The notes below the pieces were generated by a model. The model was not told the DNA's origin, made no database searches, and saw only the letters and a list, made by a program, of their open reading frames with translations. From NCBI GenBank assembly GCA_965202585.1, contig OZ241831.1, forward strand, positions 2,852,001 to 2,916,000: a stretch of 64,000 bases of DNA. Direction: 5' to 3'. This document shows positions 37,201 through 48,100 of the stretch, piece by piece; positions within the stretch are counted from its first letter, which is position 1; the number at the start of each line of letters is the position of its first letter. The stretch comes from Thalia democratica (lineage: Eukaryota). Position numbers and translations under genes: made by a program.

Positions 37201-39062
37201 CAGGTTCTCAGACCTCTTTTTTGAGTATTTAATTTTTCGTGATAAAAAAAAAACTATTGAAAGTTCTCATTTAAAACAAATTATTTAAAGCTTTACAAAA
37301 AACATAAAAAAAAAACAACTAATTTTTTTTAATTATTAGAAATAAAGTAAAAAATATATGCATACCAAATACTAGACAAAAATGTATAATACTATAATAA
37401 ATTTATGTTTAATTTAGTTGATTTTCAGAAATATTTTATTATTCGATATTTTTTTAACTATAAACAACAAAACACCAGTAAAGGACTTTAAAAATTTTGA
37501 ACCGTTTTAAAGAATACTAATAAAAAGTAATATCTAAAACTTTAGAAAATTTTTTACATTAAATCTAAAACTTTTCGACTAAACTTAAATAAGAAAAAAA
37601 ATGTTTTACTGATAAAAATAAGTAGTAACAAACATATCAAAACCAAAAAGTATATTTTACTCATTTATCATGAAAACATTATAACTTTAACACATTTGTT
37701 TTAAAATTTTTATGTTTCATAGTATGTGTACTACATTACACAAACATTTTTAAACATTAATGTAAAATTTTTATAAAAACAATTACATTAGATATTATAA
37801 GTGTTCACTAATAAACGTTAATTGCGCTAGTTGTTTGAAGATTTTAAAATGTTTGCATGCAATTTAGCACACTTATTTAGAATAAAAAAATGTTTCAAAT
37901 ATAACAATGCTGTAATTTTATTTTTGGATTTTTCATTGTAAATATAATAACTAGTAAAAAAAATATAATTATGCCGAGGTTTACATTTGTTTGTCTTGAT
38001 TCTTGAAGGTTTTTAGTAGAATTAGCTGGGCAGGGAAAGATCCGACAAACATATTGCACAATGCAAACGATTAATTGGGCGAAAAGTTCGTAAAGTAAAA
38101 ATCGTAGCTAAGTTTCTGTTTGAGAAAGCAGAATTTCCCTGAGGTCAAAAACTCAAATAAAAGAAAATTATAAAAGCTGATGAAATATTTTTTTATACAA
38201 TTATAAAATCATTCCGTAGTTGTATAGTTTTGTGTATAATTTTCACAGCATACTTATCTTTGCTGTAAAATATTATAAGTTGTCTTATTGAGTATTAGAA
38301 GAAGCAGTTTTTTTAAATTTGCAGTCAACATTTGGTTCCTTAATGATTTCTAATAAAAATAAATTCTTACCAATTTGCATAATACCTAATCAATTTTAGT
38401 AATTTTACAGTTTGGTTAGTTTATTTTGCATAATGAATATTTGATCAATAACTGTTATTTTTTTAAACAAAAAAAAAATTATTGTAAAAAACCATCAGTC
38501 TCAAACTCTACCCCTTGCAAGGATAAACATTTTCTGGGGAAGTATATATTGTTTAAGACTGCTTTTTCTGAAAATTATGTTATTTAAGCAGATTAGTTAG
38601 ATAATAATGCACTTTATTTTAAAACTATCAAAAGCTGGTTTAGTGTTTTGTGAGAATAGTTTGTTTAAAATATTTCAATTTGAAGTTAAGTTAATTTTTA
38701 AAAAGTATAATGTAATAATATATCAATAAATAAATAAATATATATATATATATTTATTAATAAAGCCCTTAAGGTGGGCTCAGTGTGAAAGATTTTATTT
38801 TTCAAGTTAAATAACTTAATTATATGTATATATAAATATATATATATATATTAGCCATTTTTGTCAATATGAATCATATAAAAAAAAAAGTTTTTAATCA
38901 TTATGTCCTTAGCAGGTTTTTGATGAAAAAAGTATGCAAAGTAGCACTAACAAGTTATAATAATTTTGTGTAAAATTTTATAGTCTACATGATACACTTC
39001 TTTTCAGGAACAGTTCTTGTTAAAAACCAGAACCATATTTTTGGAAAAGTTACTGCAACAAA

Positions 39063-39205
39063 CAGGGTGGCCAAAAATCTGAGATTTTGGAAAAATCCTG
39101 AACTTGAAAATTCAGGCTAAAAAAACCCAGAATTTGACTAATGTTATAAAAAAAACCTGTAACTTTGAACAAAAATCACTAATAACCTGAAATTTTGAAC
39201 AAATG
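39063..39205. mobile_element. Truncated MITE, left end, related to 48120-48453
   Basis: cagggtggcca...gaacttgaaaattcaggctaaaaaa aligns to cagggttgcca...gaacttgacaatttaggctgaaaaa. Confidence 0.5.
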
Positions 39206-39728
39206 ATTATCTTTTTAACTAGATATAAGTTTGATAAATAAATGTGAAACTAGTTATAAAAATCTTAAAGCATTCAAAAGTTATCTGGTCATATTTTTGA
39301 TATACAGAAATTATATAATATTAGTTTTGTAGTATGTTATAGTATAAAGATATATTTAAATCAAAATCACAATTGAAATATTGATGTTTAACTACTTATG
39401 TACTAATTTCATTACCAATTTTTTTTTACTTTAGCTGAAATAAAATGATCAGTTTTAATTAAAATAAAAATTCTGAGTTAAAGGCATTTATATTTTATTT
39501 TACTTGGATAAGCTACTTACTACCATTTTATCTTTTTTTTAAGTATTTAATCACTAAGAAATTTAAAATTAAAGTATCCACAATATTTTAAAATTAAGTT
39601 TAAGTAAAGTAATTTTGCCAAGTGGAATAAATTATAATGCTAATTTTACTCACAGGTTTAGCTGAAGTATGAAATAATTTTTCTGGTTTTCAGTAATTAC
39701 AAGTAATTGGCTTTGTTTTAAAAATCAA

Positions 39729-40843
39729 ATGAAAATGAACTGCTGTTACCAACCCTCTGCCACGGCTGTCATCTCACCCACCTACTTTGTTGTTGAGGAC
39801 TACATCTTGTACAAGGTCCACAACAACAACAACTCTTGCCTTACCAGAATGGACTCGATTGTTGAGACGGACTCTGCTAACAACAAGACCACTGTTAACA
39901 TTGTCCACAGTGCCATTGACCCTTCAGAACTGAACCATTCCATCAGAATCGTGGCGGAAGAGTACCAGAGGAGGTATGAAAACAACTTTCCTGATTTTTT
40001 TGAGGAAATAAAGAATGTCAACCCAACCTGTGAACATATTGAAAGTACTTTGAAGCGCTTGACCCAAATGATATTTAAATTGCCGTTGAAGCCAATGGCT
40101 AATTCTGTGAATGCTGTCATCACAAATCAAAATAGGTTTGTGCTGAAATGTTTTTAATACATTTTATTTGTCAAGGTTTTAACAAATTAAAATCAATAAC
40201 ATGTTAAAACAATCCAAAAATAAATTATTGTTATAAAAGGTTTTATAAATTTGTGTGACTTTTACACTGGCAACTACTTATGTAATTAATCAAAATTCTG
40301 GTAATTTCAAAACCAAAAATTGAAGAATTAACTATAAAAAAGTGTTCATGTACTTATGCCTAACTCAGATCAGTTGAATTTTTATTTTGATAAGTTATAG
40401 ACTATAATGTAAAGTCTTTAATATTCAATTATACAATGATTAATACAACATAAAAGTTATTTTATAACTGATGATAAGGTTGCTTTGATTTTATATGATA
40501 AAACTTTCACAGGTACAGAAATGGTTATGACTACTCTCACATCAAGTGGGGCCACATCATCGGTTTGTTAGTTATTGCAGGGGTCCTAGCCCAACACACG
40601 GCCGAGATGAAAGGCGACCAGAGCGAAGAGGTTGCCCTCATCATAAAGTGGATCTCGGATTTCATTGAGACCCACTTGTCCAACTGGATCAGGCAAAACG
40701 GGGGCTGGAACAAAATGCTGGAGTGGGGCGACAGAAACGGCCACTTGATAAAAGCCAACACTGTCTCGACCAGGTCCGCCATGTCAATTGGTGTCCTGGC
40801 GGCTTGCGTGGGACTTGGTGCTATGTTTATTTCCAGAAAGTGA
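39729..40843 (+). CDS. Multi-domain Bcl-2 family protein, 2 exons, 245 aa
   Basis: Exons 39729-40135 and 40513-40843 join in frame. BH4-like FVVEDYILYKV, BH3-like IRIVAEEYQRRY, BH1 IKWGHIIGL, BH2 WIRQNGGW, and a C-terminal TM anchor (MSIGVLAACVGLGAMFI) ending in RK. Confidence 0.9.
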
Positions 40844-42179
40844 AAAGGACAAGTTTGTCAGTCACCTTAAAAACTGGTTGTTGGATTTTCTGTTCATCTA
40901 CACAGCATTGCCATTTTGTTAACATTTTACTCTCGGTTGTTCAGAAAAGGAGTTCAGACTGTTTTTGGGGACATTTTAACTTTCATTTTTCTTTTGTTTC
41001 TATCAAAAAACTGGTTGTGTAGCATGATAATATATGATGATAAATTGTAAAAGTTTTCATTTTTCTGACTAAAGGTTTTCTGTCAAAATCTTTTTATGTG
41101 ATATAAAAAAACATAAATGCTACAAAAAATAATTGATAATTTTAGTTTTCTTTGATATTGAATTCTATAGTTTTTCTTTCTGTTTCAAGGTGTAAAATTA
41201 ATTGTTTTAAATTGTTTACTTTAATCAAATTTTCGTTTTAGCTGCTAAGTTCTGCATTCCAATAAAGGTTTATATAGATATTAAATGACGACTAATACAT
41301 TCTAAATATATGAAAAATGCCAATTTTAGACTTAGCAAACAAATCAAAGTTCTATAAAGCTCTATACTATCTAAATATAAAAGTTTCATTGATAAGTTAT
41401 TGAAGTTTTTTTAATAGTTATGTTTTATTTCTGTTAATTACTTAAGTTTATTCACTTACAATTTATAAAGGCTGTTTGCTAGTATTAATGTTAATTTTGT
41501 TAATTATAAGTTTGTTAGGGTTAAGTTTACTTTTTGTTTATTAATTTAGTTTTATATTAAGTTTACTAGCAAATGTTTCTGTAACAAGCTAAAATTTTCA
41601 AGTTTTTAAGTTCTGTTAGCAAAGAATAATGTTTTATATTTTGTAAGTTCAAAATAACTATTTGTTAGTTGTAATAAATTTAAACTGCTTGTATCATTAC
41701 AAACAACACATGATTTGTTTAAATTGGCAAAACCTTTTTAGTAATTTACTTTTACTACCAATACCTGAATTTTTAGTTTTCTTTCCATTTAAGTATACTT
41801 AGTTACATGTGTAAATTTAAGTTAAGAAACTTAATCTAAAGATTTTCTATTTTTAAATGCATTTGTTATGAGCAAAAAGCTTTTTTTTGTTTAAGTTTAA
41901 TGTTGTTTGAATTCAAGTAACAATTGTAAATAAACTTTCACTATAATAAATGCACTCTTGATGTTTCAAATACAAGTTTTTCGTTTTCTTTCTTCTAAAT
42001 ATAAATTGTAAATGTCAAAATAACAAATCTAATTTTGAAGCTTAATTATATTTTTGTTCAAAACTTCAAAGTTTTTCCGAAGGTACTTGGTTCACTATAA
42101 CAGGTTTAATTTTTTTTCAAGTTTTTTCATTGATTTTTTTCACCATTCTTGTTTTTTCAGCACTTTAACACATAATAGA

Positions 42180-45100
42180 ATGAACGCCTTGTTGACCAGA
42201 AGTTGCCTGTCCTGCTCCAGGACCTCAAAGTTCTGGGACATCAGGTGGGCCAGGAACGTTGGAAAGAGGTGCCTCTCGTTAACCACTAAAGTAAACAGCA
42301 ACTTATACAACAGAAACCAGGTGAATAGCAGGTTGCTGTGCAAGAATGTGTCGGGTTTAGTTCAAACCAGGTTTTATTCCGATTTTCCTCCCCATGAAGT
42401 GTTGGCCCTGCCTGCGCTGTCGCCCACCATGGAAACTGGTACAATTGCCAGGTAAAAACTTGTTGTTCATGTTTAGATTGTATGATTTATATGGGTATTT
42501 TAGTTAATTTTTGATATAAAGTGTTTTTATAATGATTGTATTACATTATGAAATTAAAAGAAAAAAGTTATGATTCATATATCTTCCCATTTCTTATATT
42601 ATACAAAAGTCCACTCTTAATAAAATATATAAATATAATATTGCAGCGAAGCTGTGTAACTTTTGAACAATTTTTACTGAAGTGTTTTAATATTTAATGA
42701 TTTTTCACTTTTAACAGATGGAAACAAAAATAGTGATAAATTTTATATAGTTTTTCTTATTGATAGAGTAACTTTTCAAAGTAGTTTAATACTTAAAGTT
42801 TTGATATTTAACAGAAGAAAGTAAAAATTTCTATAAACCTTATCTGCTGTTTAATGGTTGACTTATGGTTTTATAGAACCTTTTGAAATTAAATATATCA
42901 AAATATCCATACAGGTGGGAAGTGAAAGAAGGTGACAGCTTCGAGGTGGGAGACTTGTTGGCCGAAATAGAAACGGACAAGGCCACCTTGGGTTTTGAAG
43001 CGGCTGACGAGGGAGTCCTTGCCAAAATACTGGTTCCATCGGGTGCCAAAAACATCGAGATCGGAACACCTGTGGCCATCGTTGTCGATGATGAGAGCCA
43101 CGTTGCTAAATTCGCTAATTACACACTCGGTTTGTTATTTTCCATTAATTAGCTCTAGTTGTGTTTTGTCACTTGAATAGTTTAAATATGTTTTATAACA
43201 AATCAATTGTCATTGAGGTAATTTTAAGTGTAAGCATTCAATTGTATTTTTTTACCCAAAGTTTGCACATTCTTTACAAAATCAACAATCTAAAGTTGAC
43301 AGAATAACAATTTTTATCAGATATTATATGTTATGGTTTCTTGATGAGATACAACAACAGAAGTATTTAACATTGTACTAAAATGTTCACACCAACACTT
43401 GTCTTTAACAATTCACACAGTATTTCTTAAATTTATGCAATATTCATATACTTTACAGACTCAGCGAAAGCTTCAACTTCTTCTGCAAGTTCTGCACCTG
43501 CAAGCGAACCAGCAACGCCTGCAGAACCCACACCAAGTTCTACTCCTGCTGCCCCATCAACCAGTTACCCCTCACACACGGTTGTTGACTTGCCAGCTCT
43601 TTCACCTACTATGACCAGTGGTTCTTTAGTGACGTTAGTTGTTTGTTATGTTATTAAAAGCCCTCCTGTGCCATAAATTATTTCAAGTGTAAATTTTTAG
43701 TCAGTAAAAATTCTAAATTAAAAACGTCAAAGTCTTTAGTGTAAAAATTTTAATGTGTTTTGTTTAATTGCTAATTGGTTTAAACTGGTGGCAGATCATT
43801 TTAATTTGCTTAATTCTGTAACAACGGGTTAATTATAGTTTATAAATGGTATCGTTGGGATAGAAAAAAAAAAAGGTGTTTTGCCATGTATGGCTCTTAA
43901 GTTTTAGGTTTAATTTGTTTAAGCTTTAACTACTATTTAATTTTTTTTATAGAATCTGAGAATAACTATTGTTTAATTTAGAACTAAAGTTGTACTAACA
44001 TCGAACAAAAAGTAAAGTTAGGGGTTTAGTAATGGTTAGAGATAAAGGGTCATTAAGGTACACTCTGTAAAAACTTAATTCTGATTAATATTGTTACCAG
44101 GTTATAAAATGTTAGTAAATTTTACAAAGTTATTACTTTTTGTGAAAAAAGACTTAGTGTTTTTAATTTAACAGAATAAATATTGAACAACTCTATAAAG
44201 GGGTAAATAAATTTAAAAAGGTTTGTAGGGGAGTTTATAATCAAAGTTTACTTTAATTTATAACACAAGTGTCTTTTGAATAAGTTAAAAGTAAACTAAA
44301 ATATTTTGTTTTTTATCAATTAGCTAGCTATGAAAATAAAGCTTGGTACAAAGTTCAATTGTTAATTTTATTATATTAAACATCAAATTGGTGGGAAAAT
44401 ACGACATCATTTAATTAATTATAATCCATTGTTGGCATCTTGCCCAGCAAGATTAAGTATTGTTGTTTACAGCTAACTTATAAGAAGTTATTAATTAATT
44501 GCAAATGTTTGTGTTTACTTTTGATTTTTTTTGTAAGTTGCATATTTGCCAGTTGTTACGTTAAATTAAATAAATTAAAATATAATTGTATTTCTTTAAA
44601 TTTAAAATTGACTTAAGTTTTTTCAGCAATTTTGATTTTTGTTGTTTTATCTAAATAGAACTTAAACTTTTATTTTAATCTATGGAGTTTAATTGTTTTA
44701 AATAAATAAAAAGCTAAAGTTTAGCACCACATTGTTTATGCTTCATTATATAAAGAGTTAGGAAACAACTTGGTAATCAAATTAAAATAAATTAATATTT
44801 AAACTGTTTATATATTATTACTAGTTATAATATAGCTTTTTTTGCTTTCTTTTTGGGAGACCAAAAAAGTTATCACATATATTATTTTAATAATTTTAAT
44901 AGTTTTCATTATGTTTTTCTAGTTGGGAAATAAGCTAGGGATCAAATATTATAAAAGTATTATACTAAAAAAATATATTATTTGTTTTTATTTAAACAGT
45001 TGGGAGATCAAAGTAAAATTTCCTATATAATAAATTGAAAATATTTTTATTTTTAGCTGGGAAATCAAAGTAGGAGATCATATAGAGGAAGGTGATGCAA

Positions 45101-48100
45101 TAGCCATGATTGAAACTGATAAGGCTTCTGTAGCTTTGGAAGTCACTGATGAAGGTATTAAAAATATTTAATTTATTTTTACTCTATTTTTTTATATAAA
45201 TTTTAATGATTGAAACTGATAAAGCTTCAGTTGCACTAGAAGTTACATATGAAGGTGTATAATTTTTAAACTTAAATAGTTTTTAATTGTCGATAATTTT
45301 AAAGATTTTAGCAGAAGATTCAACTATTATTACTAATTTCAATTTCTATTAATTTTTATACATTCTTAAGATACCTCGCCAAAATCTTATCAAAAGAGTT
45401 TATTATAAATTAGTTTTATTATTTTAGGATACCTAGCAAAGATCTTGGTGGGAGAAGGAACCAAAGACTTGCAACTGGGGACCCCACTTTGCGTGGTTGT
45501 CGAAAATGAAAGCGATATAGCTGCTTTCAAGGACTTTAAAGCTGGTGAAGGTAGTGATTATATTACTAAAATACTAGTTTATCAAGCATAAAATTCACAT
45601 GTGTTCGAATTAAAAAAAAAAGTCTGCATCTACTAAGTTTGTGTAAATTAAAGACATTCTTTTCTTTTATTTTTATTTTACTACGTTTAACAAATTTAAA
45701 GCTGGTAAAAGTAAATAATAATTATTGTTTTTTTATATGATAATTATCAAGCATATATTTTATATAAGTCTGTTTTTGAAATTAGTCTATATGTGTTAAA
45801 TGTGTAGTATTTAAATTACATTTACTGTTGGATTCATTCAAAAGTTTTTTCATTGAAGTTTAAAGTTATTACAAGACTTATGGAATATGCTGAAAAAATT
45901 TTTACAGCATCTCAATCAGCTGCACCAGAAGTAGAAACACCACCAACTCCAGTTTCTCCTCCGAAGCAACAGAAAGTAGAAGCGCCGGTGCCAGTTTCAC
46001 AGGAACAAAATGTTTCTTCGCAGGAACCTTCCACAGGAAGATTGTTTGCCAGTCCTTTCGCCAGGAAACTAGCCAACGATAAGGGAATTGACATCAACCT
46101 ATTTGCTGGTTTGTTTAAATTTCATAAATTAATACAACTTGTATAGAATAATATTAAATAGAAATTTTAATTTATGTTCTTTAGAATATAAATGTTTTAA
46201 TTATTTTAACAATAAGGGAATCGCCATCAATATTTTTGATGGTTTGTTTAATTAACATGATTTGCTAGTTTTATGTAAGTATAAATATTTTTTTGTACTT
46301 TATGAAAAAGAATTGTTCTACTAATAAGTCTTTTACTGCTGAAAATAAAGAAAACTGATGAAAGAAAGTCTAAGCAATGTTTTGCTTTAATTTAAAGCTC
46401 TGTGGACTTTGCGATAAACTATAGGTTAATGTTTTTCTTTGTTCAGATAAATTGCTAAGCTGTTCATTCTTGTATATGAACAGACATTGTAAATTATTAT
46501 CACAACAATTTTACTTTAATTTTTTTCATAACAATACTTTTTTTATTAAAGAATTAACAAAAGATTAAGTTATTAGTTTGACACTTAAGCTCTAAACTAA
46601 GTTATTTTTTTGTTTATAAGAGTTATTAGCTACAACTTTTCATTAATTTTTCTACAATTAACTGATTTTGTGCTAATTTTGTTATAAAAACATAGTTTTT
46701 ATTTAAACATAAACTTAAATAATTAGTTATGTAATCTCTAATCTTAAATTTAAAGAGTTGTTTTTATGTTTTTGGTAGAACAATTCAAGCTCTATTGTGT
46801 AGAATTAAGCGCAATTAAAAGCTTATTAAGTCATTATATGCAAATGAAATCATTATATGTACATCAAATCATTGTTTGTAAACATCATTACTTTACAAAG
46901 TCTGTATTTCCTTATATATATAGCTAAATTGTTTTTGTTTTTTAATTTAATTTTTAAGCCTAAATAAACAATAAGTGTATGAGAAAGCAAATATATGTTT
47001 ATTTACAACTTAAAATGAAAGGTCTTTATTCTTTATATACACGTTCCAGTATTTATAAATTTTGTATAAAAAACATATTCAATTTTAGTCATTTAAAATA
47101 ACTTTGTAAAGTCTCCTGTAGTATAAATTGTATTAAAAATAAGCAATCGAAGATATTAACAATGGTCATACAAACTTATTGTTAAGTTCTCTTGATAGTT
47201 TTTAAACTTAAATATTTTTTTAAAGGACTTGGTAGCGGGCCATCAGGTCGCATTGTAGCAGCAGATTTGAACAAAACACCATTAAAACCAGCGCAACAGC
47301 AACCATTAGCACAACCAGCTACAACACCAGTTGCTGCAACTCAACCATTTGCCGCTGGCGATTACACTGATATCGATGTCACCAACGTCAGAAAGGTTTG
47401 GAATTGATCTTGTTTATTACAACGTTCATTAGTATTTTTCAATAAATAAGCTTAGAAACTTGGTATCTAAAATATTAGTTCTAATCATGATCTTATTTAA
47501 AATATTTTTGACTAAGATCGTTTTGCACATAAATTATTATATTATGTTATAGCTATACTTAATGATAGAAAAATTATTTATTAATTTATTAAAGTAGATG
47601 TGTTATCAACTTCTATCAAAAAATATCATTTTTAATAAATGATAGTTAAAGGTAATTAAATTATCTAAATAAAAGTGGGTTAAAAAACACATTTCGTTAG
47701 TTAGATAGTAAAATTTTTGGCTGCAATATAAATGTTAGCGAGTAGAAAAAAAATATTGATCAAAATTTGCTTGAATAAACAAAAATGTTATTGAGTTTGT
47801 ATGCCCACCAATAGCAAACTTTGTTATTTGTCGAAAGATCGTTCCTTTTTGTTAAAAGAAAAACCCGACATTAAAAACATGCTGTATAACAGTTACTATA
47901 ATTGTTACAATAAATTGAAATCATCAAAAATTTACATGACCTGATAGTCATGCTTTGTGCAAAGAAAGTTCGGAAGGCTAATTTTAATTTTTAAATAATA
48001 TATAAAAGTAGGTGAGTAAGTATAAGTTCAAACTATAAAAGATATATATTTTAACCTATTTTGTTTAGTCATACCATTGAAAAATATTTTAAATCTAAAT

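Noticed and set aside
42140-42180. Acceptors just upstream of several ATGs suggesting SL trans-splicing or an operon (Bcl-2 to DLAT)
   Set aside because: Plausible cis donors exist (DLAT GT at 42083; serpin 5'-UTR introns), so ordinary UTR introns explain them; only 5'-end cDNA could reopen this.
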